Assembly: GCF_018350175.1 (NCBI RefSeq)
Contig: NC_058368.1
Span: forward strand, 129,892,001 to 129,956,000
Source of the DNA: Felis catus
Lineage: Eukaryota
DNA length: 64,000 nt
Direction: 5' to 3'
The first letter of the stretch is position 1. Each line of letters starts with the position of its first letter. A model generated the notes under the pieces. The model had not been told where the DNA came from and did no database searches. It saw nothing but the letters and a program-made list of their open reading frames with translations. Of the stretch, positions 24,558 to 39,399 are shown in pieces. The translations under genes and the position numbers were made by a program.

Positions 24558-25910
24558 TCATGCTTAGTAATTTTAAAAGTGCTTTTGTGTTTTTATCCAT
24601 ATGCACTTTTTAGAACACAGATAGCCTAAGCAACTCAGGTGACTGTGTCACCAGTAAATAGTAAGATAGAGTTCATCCAGTAGTATTTTGTGTTTTCAGA
24701 AATCAGGAAATCATCATGAAAAGTATTTTCAGGCATCTGACTCTTTAAATTTCCTGTGTTAACCTTTGAACAGTCCTACTGCTTATATATCATTCACCTG
24801 TCTTTCATAGGCTAAATTTGATTTTTGCCCCTTGGGTTACAGACAGTTTGAGCCATCTTACAACAAACAGTAAGATAACACATAATGGTTTAATTTTGAA
24901 GATTCAGTGAAGTGTCACCATTTTTATAATATAATGTACAATTATTTAAAGATTATATTTTCTCTACTTTTTGAAAAAGTAGTTGATAAATTATTCCATT
25001 GCGGCAATCCAGTAAATACATAGAAGAAATAGGTAATCATCAGGTTTGGATGTCAGGCAGATAGTCTTTGAACTTATGCATTTCTGAAGAAAAAGAACAA
25101 AATTAAAGGGCCTGTGTGAAATATTAAATATTTTATGAAAATTATATCTAAAAGACGTGTCATTGGTACTTACTTTTTAAAGTCCCCATGTATGGAAAAC
25201 CTTCTTAGAACATTTCTTAGGCTGTCACATACTTGATTTTCAGTAATGTGTTATGAAGGAAAGTGGATACCTCCCTGTATATGATGACTTAACTCATATT
25301 CTATTTTCTTTTCGAGTATAGGTGCCAAAAGATGAGTGTATTTGGTGTACTTTCTCATCTCATTTGTGTTAAGCTGATAGTTTAATGTTTTATAGCGTTG
25401 TTATTTAGCCCAGTGTCTAGTAAACATTGCTAATTCCACGTGATTTTTTAGGTGTTGACCAAATAATTGATATTGGCCTACCGAAATAGCCCATAGATGG
25501 TAATCATTTTCAGGATTGTATATGAGCAATATTTTTCCTTAAGTCTTTTCATTGAAATATTTTGAATGTACAGAAAAGTTACAAGACATCCACACCTATA
25601 TATCCTTCACCTAGTTCTTTCAGGTTTTAATTTTTACTGAATTTTCTCTTTTTTTAATCTGTGTGCATATACAAATTCTTGTTGTTAAACTCTTTGAACT
25701 TTAGTTTCAAGCATCATGGCACTTTGTCCCAGAGTATTAGACTTCTCTTCTTAACATAACCATGATTAGACTCAGGAAACTTACATTAATGTAATATTAT
25801 TATCTAATATCAAGTCCATATAAGATTTTCTCAGTTTTCCCAATAGCATACTTTTTAACCTCCTCCCTTTCAGCCTCAGGGAACATATTTGGCTCTCATG
25901 TTCTCCCTCT

Positions 25911-26114
25911 CTTTTCTTAAAGTTTATTTTATTTATTTTGAGAGAGAAAGAGAGTGTGAGCGGGGGGGGGGGGGGGGGGGGGGGGCGGACAGCGAGAGAA
26001 TCCCAAGCAGGTTCTGTGCTGTCAGTGCCCAGAACATGGGATGAATTGTGAGATCATGCCTGAGCTGAAATCAAGAGTGGGATGCCTAACCTACTGAGCT
26101 ACCCAGGCGCCCCC
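25911..26114 (-). mobile_element. CanSINE containing a ~24-nt G homopolymer
   Basis: ...actgagctacccaggcgcccc; G-run at about 25962-25985. Confidence 0.88.
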
Positions 26115-27042
26115 TCACTGTTTTTTGATCTCCCGCTCTGCACCCTTGTTTTGGGGGGCTATCTTTTGCAACAGTAACTCTGGGTGATTATTGAAATTCA
26201 TTTTTGAAGCAATAATTTAAATTTAGAATATCATCAATTCCAGTGTACAGCTACGTTTGGGATGTAAATATTTTCTGACTTTTGAATGTACTCCCTTTGT
26301 GCCCCTCCTTGGAAAGTGTTCTCACTTGAATATTAAAACCAAAATTGGTTTATTTTCCATGTCAGTAGAACATGCTGTTATACATTGTTTTCAGTTAAGT
26401 ATGAATAAGCTAGGTACTTTAAAACCTGTGTTTTTACGTACTAGTTGGTCTGTTTTATAAGCTAATTGGAGTGATCTCTGAGATAAAGAACACTTAGCAA
26501 GATTAAGTGCTCAATAAATAATAGTATAATTAAAAATTTGAAGATAAGGTGATATATAATAAATAGGCTTGTAATATTTTTTCAGTTTTATTTCACTTAA
26601 ATATTTGGGCAAATACTTGTCTTTTGTAACCTTCCTCGCATCCTCAAGGGCAACGGATTCTACACCTTTTTTGCTCCCTGTTTAGTGTGTGGCATTTTGT
26701 AAGCAAAAATGGGAATCTCATTTTTCTGGGAGTAATTTTTAGTTTTAATACGTGGGATTGAAATAGCTATTGCTGCAGTTGTGAAGGTCTAGTATTTCTG
26801 TTTGTCATGAAGCCTACTCTTCATCAGAGCAATTCCCAATACAATGACCATAAACCAACCGAGACTCTGGAGCGCGGTCCAGCTTCAGTGTAGATCCCTT
26901 TTATTTTTTAAGAAACTCACTGTCAAGCTGTGCTGTCTCTCAGGGCTTATTTTTAAAGAAATGTTTTTATTTTTAATTTTTAAAACTGGTTAGCTTAATC
27001 CATGTGGTTTTAAGAATCATATCTTTTAAGAAGGATTTTCTT

Positions 27043-27270
27043 GGGATGCCTGGGTGGCTCAGTCAGTTAAGCGTCTGACTTCAGCTCAGATCATGATCTC
27101 ATGGTTTGTGACTTTGAGCCCCGAATCAGCCTCTGTACTCACAGCTCAGAGCCTGGAGCTTGCTTCACACTCTGTGTCTCCCTCTCTCTTTGCCCCTGCC
27201 CTGCTCACTCACACTCTGATCTTTGTCTCTTTCTCTCTCTCAAAAATAAACATTAAAAAAAATTTTTTTA
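27043..27270 (+). mobile_element. CanSINE with TSD aaggattttctt
   Basis: gggatgcctgggtggctcagtcagttaagcg head. Confidence 0.92.
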
Positions 27271-27801
27271 AAGGATTTTCTTCTGTGTTTTCATTATACC
27301 TCCTGTACACCTTTATCATTATACTTATCTTTTTTCATTGTAAGGGTTTGTAAGTGTACCTTTACATTCTTTTCTTTCTGGTGCCTTGTCCTCAGGGCCT
27401 GTTACTGGAGGATGCCATCAGATAATTGTTGAATGTATGAGTAAATGCTGACTTTTTAAAACAGTGTAATTTCCAGTTAGGTAAGCTGTTTTATTAAAAA
27501 AGAACTAGGGTATAATAACGTTATCTGTTAAGCTCTCGATAACTGGTTACATTATGTTGCTTTCCTAAATTTTATTTCATGCAGTAAATTTGGTACTTAT
27601 TTTAAATTCTTGAAAAATAATAACCGTAGAGCTTTATGTCTCTGATTTATTTTTAAAAAGATACATACATAATATATTTCATCTAGAAAATATTCAATAT
27701 TTCCTTCCTGGGACTTAATAATGTTCTGTCATTGTGTCTTGAAGGAAATTGCCTTCTTTCCTAATACAGTCCTTTTGCTTCCCTTCCTTCTGCTGTGATA
27801 G

Positions 27802-27915
27802 ATACGACCGTATGTAGGATGTTTGGTACAGTATTTGCCTCTTCTTTGGAAGCAGAGCGAAGAACACAATATGTTGAGATGTGCTATTCTGACAACACTT
27901 ATTCATCTTGTTCAG
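27802..27915 (+). CDS. IPO11: IPO11 coding exon 13 (114 nt): IRPYVGCLVQYLPLLWKQSEEHNMLRCAILTTLIHLVQ
   Basis: gtgatag|ATA ... CAG|gtaagt. Confidence 0.95.
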
Positions 27916-27949
27916 GTAAGTTACTTTGCAGTTTCTGAATTTAGTATAT

Positions 27950-28290
27950 TTCTTTTTTTATTGAAGTCTGATTAACATACAGTGTTCTTTTAGCTCCATG
28001 TGTACAACAGTTGATCGGACCGTCCTGTACGTTACTCAGTGTTCACCACAAGGGCTGTAGATGCCCCTTGTCACCAAACAATGTTATTAGAGTATTATTG
28101 ATTGTATTCCCTGTGCTGTACTTCTCATCTCTGAGGCCTATTTATTATATAAATGGAGTTTTGTACCCTTTAATCCCTTTTTTATATTTCACCGATCCTC
28201 TCCCTCACCTCCCCTCTGGCCATCACCAGTTCTCTGTGCTTAAGATTCTGGGTTTTTGCTTTTTTTTTTTTCTTTTTACAAATTTTTCAT
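27950..28290 (-). mobile_element. L1 3'-end fragment
   Basis: ttattgaagtctgattaacatacagtg ... ttattgattgtattccctgtgctgtac ... cccctctggccatcaccag, typical of a reverse L1 3' UTR. Confidence 0.75.
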
Positions 28291-29949
28291 TGTTTTCATG
28301 TGCTTTATTTTAATGGTAGTGAAAGGCCTCCCAGTTATGTCTTTTTCATGAATTATCTTAAACAGTTTTAAAAACTACTTTTGTGTGTTGGCTTTGGACA
28401 TTTTTTGACATGTAGGAAATACTCTCTCCTTTTTAAAGACGTTTCATTCATTAGATGAAGTGGTCTCTCATGGTGATAGACTCATGATTTGTGCAGTGTG
28501 TTATACTTTCCATGCACTTTGCATGGTATCCAGAGCTTTTCTGTATAAATTTGCTCTTCATTTTCACCCTTTTTTTGTGATCTAACATCAAAATTTTGCT
28601 CTTTCATAAATTGAGAAGGTAGACAATCAGGTGAGTTACTTTTGAGGGAAGGAGTGAATATGGTTTTCGTCCTCGCGACTTTGAGGTGTCAGGGTTGTGC
28701 AGCAGGTAGAGAGGAATCTCAGATTTCAGAGAGTGATGACCAGGCTGTAGTTGTCATTTGAACTATTACAGTGACTTACAGTCTGACGGCGAGAGGACAG
28801 AAAGGTAAGATTTTAATCCCAAATCTAATATCTGCATCCAGGTATGCTCAACTGAGTTTTACTGGCCTTGCCCCAAATTGTGATAGATTGTCCAATGGAG
28901 AGAGCTCTGAGTTGATAGTTACCACTCTCCATTTTTTGAATAAGTTAAAAATAGGGGGGGAAAAACACGTGAACACGAGTTTTTAAAAAACCTTTCTCAG
29001 ACATCCTTTTTTTGAAGTGCAATTTTTTTTCTTTCAGTAAACCTTACAGATGAGTTTTATAGTTAAAAAATCCTACCTAAGGCAGTTTCAAATAAATGAA
29101 TAGTGATACAAAATTCCTGTAAAAACACCTTCTTTTTAATAAGTGTCTCATGTAGCATCTCTTCTTATCTACTATTGTTGTGATCTCTTGCGAAGATTAT
29201 GTCCCTTTTATAGAAAAGGGTACAAAGGTTAGGATAAGGTTACTGACTGTCCTGAGATTGCCTTCAGAAATAACAGAACAGACTGTGATCCCACCTCTTT
29301 TGTGTTACATCTTTGCCAAAATGTGTTCTTATTAGACTCCTTTTGAGAGTTTTGTGAGGGAGGTGTGAAAAAACCCAGCTTCTCTGTTTCCTTAGGTAGG
29401 ATTACCTCAGGAACTCTGAGGAAGCCACAGTAACCTGCTCGGAATGTTTGGAGAGGATAGGGCCTTTTCCTTCCTTTGTGACCCTTCTGCCCTCTGTATT
29501 TGTTTAGGCCAGAGGTGCAGGGTTCCAGCCAAGTGCTCATCGCCGTCTTGGAGAAAGCATACGACGTTTAATATAAAGTTGAGACTATAGCTTAAAATGT
29601 GTTTTTCAGTCATTTGAGAAAATTATACTAAGGGTTATTGTTAAGGTTCATTTTATAGAAAACACTGCCATCTTTGGGCTTTTCAGATTTGAGAGGGAGA
29701 TAATAGTTTATTTGTATGTTTTTGTTTTCATTTTTTAAGCTCTGGGAACCCAGACTAGTAGTCTCTGATTGAAGAGATCATCTCTTGATCCTTGATTGCC
29801 TGCTTTTGTTATTATTTTTTAAGTTGTGAAAAATTTGAAGCATACACAAAAGGAAGAACAATATAATCAGTCTTTAGGTAACTATCACCCAACTTCAAGA
29901 ATCATCAACATTTTGTCAATATAAATTTAGGGCACTAAAAAGCTAATTG

Positions 29950-30090
29950 GGGGGTTCCTGTGTGGCTCAGTTGGTTAAGTGTCTGACTCTTGATCTCAGC
30001 TCAGGTCTTGATCTCCGGGTCATGAGTTCATGCCCTGCATTGGGCTCCAGGCTGGACCAGAAGCCTACTTAAAAAAACAAACAAAAAAAA
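29950..30090 (+). mobile_element. Short CanSINE
   Basis: gtggctcagttggttaagtgtctgactcttgatctcagc; A-tail. Confidence 0.85.
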
Positions 30091-33000
30091 CAATGCTAAT
30101 GGAGAGAGTTGAAAATGTATGGGGAACTTACATTTACAGTAGTAAATTGCGCATTTTTCCTTTTGGATATAATCTAGCTGGGTAGTTTTGTAGGGGAACC
30201 ATCCTTGTTTTTGATGTCTTTTCTTAGTAAAAGATCTTTCATTTTCCTGTCTCTTGCATGTTACATCTCCCTTTTTTTTAATGTATCCCTGCTTTTCATT
30301 ACCGGGTATCTCCTTGTCTTGAGATAATTTGTTTCACATTATCAGAGAATCAAACGGGACCACTTGTTTGTGGACTTGGATGAGATCTTGGCATCATGCT
30401 GCTTTGTAAAACTCTAGAGGCCCTCTTAGTTTTAATACCTGACCTTGAACGTCACTCTTCCCAAAGTACCTGGTGCTACCAGTTCCTGTGTCTTTTGGAG
30501 TTTCTGTGATGTAAATCAAGTTGCTTCTTGACCTTTTCTTACAGCTGGCTTTGAGCTTGGTTTTCTAAGTTTGCTAAGTTACTGCTTGTCTTTTCAGTCC
30601 TTATCTTTTCTTACGTTATCTTTGTACTTATGGTTATGGATCTTTTAAACACATCCTCCTATATTCTTTAAGTGGATCCTGGCAGAGAAGAGTAGTAAAT
30701 GCATGCGTTAAATCTGTCCGCTTCCTCCAGATTTTAACATTGTGATTGATAATACTGAGTTGTATGGTGTGGCCGGAGCATAGTACAGAACATGGTTATA
30801 GGGGCCTGGTCAGGAAGGCCACAAGAACATCTCTTCAAGTTCAGAGCAAGAAGTGTTAACATTTTTATTTTAGTAAGGTAATCAGGGTGCCAGTGGAGAC
30901 AGGGTTTGGAATGGAGTAAAACTAAGGTCAGGGAAAGTGGTTGGTATGTTTTCTGTTAACCATGAAAATAGATGATGCAGATCTGAAGTAAAATGCATGG
31001 AAAGAAGGGGAAAGATTTGAAAAATAGTAGAATAAAGGATTGTTGAGATGTGGGGTGAGTAGGAACAGGAACTAGGAGGAGGATGTGAGACTGTTTACCA
31101 CTAAATAGGTAGTCGTACAGGTCACTTGAGTTTGGAAAGGCCGGACAGGAGCTTTTTTTTAGGAAGACAGTGAATTGGTTCAGTGGTCACCTTAAGAGTT
31201 TGAGATGACTTCTGGGTGATGATGTCCTGTACTTACTCAGTGTCTGGAGTTCAGAGATCTGTGTTTGGAGATAATATTTTGGGACATTTTCCGCATGCAC
31301 GTGACACAGGAGAAGGCAGTCAAATACGTTATCCTGTGAAATGCCAATATTTAGGGGGTTTTATTCTTTTTTTTCCCTTAACCTAAAAAATAATAATAAC
31401 CTTATAAATTCACTGACTGTTGCAAAGATAGTACAGAATACCCTTCACCTCATTTTCCCTTCTGTCTTATGTAATTATTATACAATAAGATTTCTGCCTC
31501 TTAAAGCATTTCTGATCATTTTAATAACTAATGAATTTAATTTTGAGCTTTCATACTGTTGTAGAAAATGTGTTATTGTGATTTTTTCATAATGTTGTAG
31601 ACAATGTCTTGTAGTTATGACTGTGGGCCGAGAGAATGTTCACATATATTTAAAGTTGTATATCTGGGATTGCACACATTCTTCAGGCCATTAGACTACA
31701 AAGGTAAATGTCTTCAGGCTTTGACCGAGAGTCTTACATGTTTAGCAGAGGTTTTAGTTTTGCAAAAGCTAGCATCTCATGCTTCTTGGGATGTGCACTA
31801 TGTAAGTAGATAGATTTTAATTTTTCTAGGAAATTTTAAGTCTGCTTAATAATCAAAACGAACTTGACTAGTTTATCTTAATGTTCCTTTTCTTTTGTTG
31901 TTGTATTAAAGATTGAACTACAGAGAGTGAAATTGAACTTCATTTTAAGACACAGTGTACTACTTTATTAAGTGTGACATTTTAATAACTATCTTCCTTT
32001 AAAAAGATCTTTAATAAGGTCTTTCAACTGATTTTTAGTTTTAGAAAGAACCAAACTTACTTAAGGATAAGCTTTATGCATTTCCATTTAGGTATCTGTC
32101 CCACTAATAAAGATTGAACTCATTATATATATGTCATCAGAAGATGTGTACATAAAGATTTTGTTTTGCTTAACAGAAGATGTATACATACAGATTTTGT
32201 TTTGCTTACCAGATTTTGTTTAGCTATTGATATTTGAATTACTTCCTAAATGAGGAGATGTTTGATATTTATTGGTTTCCTTTCTGTGTTTGTCAGATTA
32301 CAGAGATTATTATGGATTAAAAATTGGCTTCTTATCCTTTATGTTTCCTTTCAAAGTGCTTGGACTTAGTGTGATACACTGAGTCAATCTCCATAAAACA
32401 ATAATTAGGTAAACTAGAATTTTAGATAAACCCCCCTCTTCCTCCTCCATTTTTTGGGTCATTAAAAATATTAGCAAAAATTGTTCATTAAAAAAATTTT
32501 GTGCATTTTTTTAAAACAAAGCTTAAGAAAAAAATAATTTTTACATTCTTTCAGCATCCTTTCCCCCTTCCTGTATTTAATTAGTGTTAATTTTTTCTGT
32601 ATACTCCAAAGAAACATTTTTATGTGTGTATCTCTTTGCATGTGGTAGGTATGTTTAAAAATTCTTGGGTTTTTGCAGTTGTTATATACACACTTCTTCA
32701 TCTTTTAAATCCAGTTTGTAATTATTTTTGAGATTGTTTTTATTCCATGCCTAATACTTTTTCATTGGCTAGTCACTATTCTGGAATATGAATGTACTAT
32801 GATGCAATTATCTTACTAATGAACATTTTGATTGGGTTCATTTTAGATTACTTAGGTGAGATAATTTATGGAATTTAATATAGCAGTGTTAGTACCACTT
32901 TAGTAGTCAGAGGGGAAGATACATATGGAACCTCTTAAAACAGATGTTTATACCATTGGTGTATATGATTCTACTACCCCTGGGCAGTTGAATAGTATTT

Positions 33001-33196
33001 TTTTGCTACTTGCTGTTCAATTGTAAACAGAACTAACCTTGTTTTAGTAGTGCTTATAGTTAGGACCATCCCAGAAAATCTGATGGATTTATTTTTTATC
33101 AGCTCATTTTAGGACATTTTTATACGATAGGTTATTTTTTGGTGGGGGTGGGATCTTAGAGTGTCTTACGTTAAGTTTTATTTATACTTCCCTTAG

Positions 33197-33312
33197 GGAT
33201 TAGGAGCAGACAGCAAGAACCTGTACCCTTTCCTGCTCCCAGTTATCCAACTGAGTACAGATGTTTCCCAGCCTCCACATGTTTATCTTCTGGAAGATGG
33301 TTTAGAATTATG
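33197..33312 (+). CDS. IPO11: IPO11 coding exon 14 (116 nt): GLGADSKNLYPFLLPVIQLSTDVSQPPHVYLLEDGLEL(W)
   Basis: cccttag|GGA ... TTATG|gtaaga. Confidence 0.96.
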
Positions 33313-34352
33313 GTAAGAGGAAAAATTTGATTCCCTGGATTTTTTTTTTTTTTTTCCTGGCCTTCCCTACTCTCATGCCAATAAAGCAAAGGTCATGTAA
33401 CAGGCCTTAAAAACCCAGTATTTAAAAACAGAAACATAAAACCATTTTCCCTGAATTGGGTAACATCATAGTTCCATCTATTCTTGGCAGCTGTCGCTCA
33501 GTATAGGCTCATAGTAGTCAAAGTTGAAAGAGGAAATTTCAGTAACGACTCAGCTGCCTTTAACCTTTGGAATTTGAAATGTAAAATGGGGAGAGTTCAA
33601 TAAAACTTGAAAACTAAAAATGACTTAAAACTTGCAGCCTGTTAAATGAGATGTTTTGGGGGATGTTGAGTCATTTTTCAGCCTCTTGCTACTTCACCTA
33701 TTACATACTCAGATAATATATCTCAGCCCCAAATGCTGAGGCTTCTTGGTCTTGACTAATTATTTTGCCAAGTGAGTAGTGTGTCGTGTTAAAAGTTAAA
33801 AACGAAAAACTCTGTTTCTGAAGCAGCTCACTGCTGCAGACCTTTATTGACTGCCCACTGTGTAAGGAACTGTGCTAGAAAATCCTTCAGCTTTACTAAG
33901 CGTATCTTACTGATGACAGCAAATTTCTGCAGGTCACTTATAATACAGGAAAGGCTCCAACGTTGTCATATATAAACTGACTATTGAAATTAAAAAAGAA
34001 AATCACAGAAATTAAGCATGGAAATAATGAACATTTCTGGTTTCCTTTTTTCTTCCTTCTCTCCTTCCTTTCCTTCCTGCCTTAGTTTTTCTTAGATGTT
34101 TAGGAATGAACATTTTTTTTTATTTTTTAGAAACTGTCTTTGGTGCAAATTACAAATTAATGATCTGTAGCAGAATACTACATGAATGATTTTAAAATGT
34201 TAGGTAGATACTCGATTTACAAGTTAACTTTCTCATATTTTCTAGGTTGTGTTGTTGGAACCTAAATGACTTTGGGTGGTTTTATTGTAAATTAGCATGT
34301 GTTGAAAATATATATTCATGTATTTTTGTTTGTACAGGATGGATTACTCGAG

Positions 34353-34560
34353 ATCAGATGTTGGTAAATTTTTTCTGTAAAGGGGCAGATAGTAGATATT
34401 TTAGGCTTTCCAGGCTGTGTGATCTCTTGACCTCTGCTGTTTGAGCACGAGAGTGGTCACAGACAATATGTAAAATGGTTGTGTTGCAGTAAAACATCAC
34501 TTATAGAAATTGAGTGTGGGTTGAATTTGACCCATGAACTCTAGCTGTCCAACGCCTACT
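34353..34560. mobile_element. MER58A-like hAT relic
   Basis: ttggtaaattttttctgtaaaggggcagatagtagatattttaggcttt ... gacaatatgtaaaatgg. Confidence 0.7.
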
Positions 34561-34959
34561 CTAGATTACAAATTAAGACGCTAGTCTCTGACTAGTGTCA
34601 GACACATACTTTTCTATAAATATGTAGACAATATATGATGTTGACTATTAGAAAAATTAAAAGTATTACTTATAGTAAAGAGATAGACTCCGATACGTAA
34701 CAGTATTATAGACTTAGCTTATTAATGTGTTTATTAAAGGTATATAAATTTTTTTAAGGATTACATGAACAGGCAGTAATAAATGTACATTGCTCTGTTG
34801 TTATCTCTTGTTTTCTTAGCCTTTAGTTGTATGTAAACAAAATGAAATTGTTAGAATACCTTTTTTCTTTCTTTTCTCTCTCTCTTTTTTTCTTTTTTTT
34901 TTTTTTTTAGCTCAAATGCTTAATAGCTTAGATTCTTTAAATTAAACTAGAGTATACTG

Positions 34960-35130
34960 AGTTAGAACTCATTTTTAGAATCAGATATAGGTGCCAGTCC
35001 CAATTATGCCACTGCATGAGGTATGTAATCATCATCTGTGAGCCTCACTTAATCTGTAAAATTAGGAAGCATAATTCCTACCCCACATGGTTGTGAGGAT
35101 GAGATAATGTGTGTTAAATGGTTAGCTCTT
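34960..35130 (+). mobile_element. MIR fragment
   Basis: ctgtgagcctcacttaatctgtaaaatt ... ggttgtgaggatgagataatg core. Confidence 0.6.
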
Positions 35131-38100
35131 TGCATATGAGAGTCTGTAAAGTTGCCTAAGAAGGAAGGGCAGATGTGGAACATTCTGCTCCTAGCAGAAT
35201 CCCAAGGAACTTAAGGCATTCGTGAGGTCACATGAGGGGCGCCATCAAGGGTGACAGAGTAGAGCTGTCTGTTGATAAGAGGAGGAAAACCAAGCCAAGA
35301 AAGAATATTTCCTGAAAGGGTGGTCAGCTACATCATATGTTGCTGATTATTCTAGGTAGAATCGTACAAAAAAGTGAATTTGGCCACATGGAGATGATAG
35401 CAAGGGTTTCAGTAAAGTAGTAAGAACTGACTAGAATTGAAATTAAGTAATTACAGACTGTGAGCCTTGGCAACATTGGGAGCACTTGACAATGAAGAGG
35501 AATGTCGAAATAGGGCAGAAGTTGGCTGGTGTGGGGAATGCAGAGTCTAGAGGGATGGATGAGGCTCCAGAGAACGACATAATTGGAGGCAAGAAGGGAT
35601 GCGATTTAGCATATGTAGCTGTTTGTTGGTTTTGGTTTTAAGTAACATCAGTGATACTTCATCCATTTTAACTGGAGGCAGGAAGATGGGTTTTTGTATT
35701 ATAGTGGGATGTGATAGGAAGGTGTTGGGTCTAATAGATTCTGTTTTCTCAAATATGAAGCACAGTCATCACTTTAATATTGGCTGAAGTGGAAGTACAT
35801 AGAAGATAGAGGGATTTGTGGAGAAAAAAGATTTAAATAGTTATCTTGGAGAATGGGAATTTGAACTTACTAGGGGATAATTAGTAGTAGGAGATATTTG
35901 AGGTCCCATACACAAAGGAAAACTTTTTAGAGTGATTATGTGTTTTTTTCCCCCATGTTCTCCTCCCCCCATCCCCCTTGATGCAGCTTGCTAGAGATTT
36001 GCCAGTGTTACTAGTCTTCTCAAAGAACCACCCTTTGGCTTTCTCTTTGTTGTATTTTTGTTATCTATTTGTTAGTTTCTAGTCTTATATTTATCATTTC
36101 CTCTTTTTCTACTTAAAGTTTGTTTTTGTCTTTTGACTTAATATTCTGAGATTTGGCTCAATAATTTTTGATCTTCTTTACTAATATAAACCTATTACTA
36201 TAAAATATTTTTAAATAGAATTTGAACAAATCTTGCATTAATAGTTTTTTTGTTTTTGTTTTGTTCTTTGTTAAAGGAAGTAGGATCAGGTAATAGATAC
36301 TGGTCCACAATAAGCGTGGGCTATATGCCATTAAATGTAATATGGTCTTCATCATTAAAAACAACAACAACAACAACAACAACTGATGTGACTGCCTTTT
36401 GCCATCTACTCAGGAAATTAGAATCTTAAAACCTCAAAATCTCTTTTTAAAGAGCTGACTTCTGAGATAAACTTTTCTTGCTAGGGTGAATTCTACTTTT
36501 GATATGTTATGCAAGTCTTTTCTATTGTTCTATGGTATTTTATCAGATTTTATTTTTTCCTGAACTCTTAAGATCTCTTGTCCATATTTTGTGATACTGT
36601 CTGATTTCATATCAGTGTCATGTGTGTTTTACCAATTCACTATTTTAAAAAATGTGTTTTTTTCCATACTGGAATGATCTCTGTGATATGGTAACTATTC
36701 TTTGGATGATTTGAAAATTGAGTAGAAAAGGGAACTGGAAATGGACTCATGGCAGTGGCTGGGAAGTTATTCACAGTTTGGTGATATTTTCAGGTTGTTT
36801 CTTAGTTGTTAGTTTGTACATACTTTAGTTTTGATTTTCCATGTCTGTTAATTTTGGTACTTCCTCCCTTAAGATACTAATAAAAAAAAAACATACAGGC
36901 ATGTGCTTTAACTCTGTTACTTGTAGTCTTATTTTTGATTTATCTCTTTTTAAAGTATATTTATTATCTCTTTTAAAGTACATTTATTAGTCAGGCAAAT
37001 ATGTAGAAGCAGCACTTTATATGCTAGTATGGATTCATAATTAAAAGGTAACTGGCAAGATAATTAAAAGGTAACCAAGAGAAACATTCTGTGCTTTGAG
37101 CCCGTACCATAATGAGGTTCAACACATGCCTTACCAACTAGAATAGAGTATGCATCAGGTATTGCATACTCTGAATGTAATGAAAATACATTGGGCAAAG
37201 CTGGTGGATGTTTCTGATAGGCTTTGTTTTGAAAATGGCTACTCTCTTTGCCAATAAAAATTGGAGATGTAAAAAAAAAAAAAGTATATTAGAGATTTTT
37301 TCTTTTTATTAATATGAAAGAACTACATGTTGCATTTTATGAGTTCTCTGTTTCTGCCCTTTGTTACTTTACTTCTGCTTCATATTTTCTACTTCCTACC
37401 CTTAACTGGGTGTATTTTTTTAAAGCTATAAAAAAATAGTTACTTCATTACCTTAAGTGCTAAAACATTTAAAGCTATGAATTTGCCTTCCATTGTAATG
37501 GCCTATTTCCCTTAAGTCTTGTTATTTTGGTAGTAGCATTAGAGTTTTTTAATGTCTTCTTTGACGCAACCTCATTTATTTTTTGCTGATATTAAAGTAC
37601 ATGATTCAGGTCTGGATTTATTGCATTGTAAATACAACCTGTCACTTGTACAATTTTTAAAAAGTTAATAAGAATTTTAATGACTCGAGGCTCTCTTTTT
37701 GTAACAGTCTCAAATAGTCATGATATTAAAGATGCAGACTTTATATATATCTATTCTTTCTAACTAATAGGTTGTATAGTTCAAATCAGTGTTTCACTTC
37801 TTAATCTTGACAGTGATTAATTAAAATATCTAGTTTGCTTTGTGTCAGTGTCCCTTTTTATTTCTATTTCTTTTTATACTTGAATGCTAGAAATAAATTA
37901 TTTACAGCACAGAGTTTTGGTATTTTTCTATATTCTTTTAAAGAATTTAACAAATAAAACACAGTATTTAAAATTTAAAATATTATCACGAAGTGTCATT
38001 TGATATATGTATGTATTGATTAATTTTTCACCTTTTAATTCTTTTGCATTTAAATTTTATTTGATACTAATATTGTTATATGGTTTGTTTAGATTTGACT

Positions 38101-38513
38101 TAACTTTTTTTGTTCAACTTTTACATTTTAGCTTTTCTATTAGAACTTTAATTGTATCTCCTATACAGAGAAAATTTTTATATTTTGTATTTCACTTAAC
38201 CAGAGAGGCTTTGCCTCAAAAGAATTTTCATGCTCTTATATTTATTTGTTGAATTGCTATGCCTGTGTTTTTACTTCATGCTCTTGGTTTTCTGTATTTT
38301 ATTTAGAGGGGTAACATTAAAATTTACATTTCTCTGGCTAAAGATGTTGGTATATACAACTTTGTCTAATTATTCATCAGCATAACTTGTCCATTAACTT
38401 TCCATTAGTGCCTTGACTTTGTTTCTCTTTCTTTCCTTTCTAAGCATTCACTTGTTTAATCTGGAGTGGTTGCCATGTCATAGTACTTTTAAGTACTTTA
38501 AACTCTGCAAGAT

Positions 38514-38702
38514 TTTTTTTCCTTTTTGTTTTTAAGTTTATTTATTTTGAGAGAGTATGAGCGGGGGATAGCCAGAGAGAGAGGGAGAAAGAGAGAATCC
38601 CAAGCACGCTCCAATGGGGCTGTAACCCACAAACCATGAGATCATGACTTGAGCCAAAACCAAGAATTGTACGCTCAACCAACTGAGCCACCTAGGCGCC
38701 CC
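38514..38702 (-). mobile_element. CanSINE
   Basis: ...aactgagccacctaggcgcccc; flank caagattt repeated. Confidence 0.88.
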
Positions 38703-39399
38703 AAGATTTCTTCCTTTTTAAAATAGTATGGCTTGTATTTGGGAAGCTAGCATAGGTAGGTAGTGAGAGTGACAATGACCTGAATGCTCTTTTTACTAAG
38801 ATAATGACAGTGGGAGGGAAAGAGTCACATGGAGTCTTAATTTGGGCCCAGTGGCAGAGCTTCAAATGTATTCTGAGATTTAGAAGATGCCCATCAATTG
38901 TTTTCTCACTGAAATATCATGACTGGATTATGATTTTTCTTTCGGTTTCATTTTTATTTTAAAGGGGAATAGGAAAGAATTTTAAAAATCTTTTCTTTCA
39001 TTTTATTCTTGAGAAATGGAATCATGGAATCAAATCCTCTTCTTGTTGATCAGAGTAAAGTATCTAAAGCTACCACTGCTTGTGTGTGTGGCCCGTACTT
39101 CATTTTGTGGGTGGCTGCTTTCTTCTATGTCCCCCTTCTTCCTAATTTTGACATTTAAGATTTGTGAAATAATTCATAGATACAAAGTAATAGGGAAGTC
39201 ATATTGTTTGTAGTTATTTATAACTTACATAAAATGAAAATCCATTTTCTGTACCCTGGTGAAGCTGTGGGAGAGTAAGAATGTCTGTGAAGCCCATGGT
39301 GTGGGATGTTTGTTGGATTCTCCTGTTTTCATTGTAGGGATGAGCCGGTGTACCAGTATTTTTTGTTTTCATTCCTTGGTTTATTTTCTTGTGGCCTGC

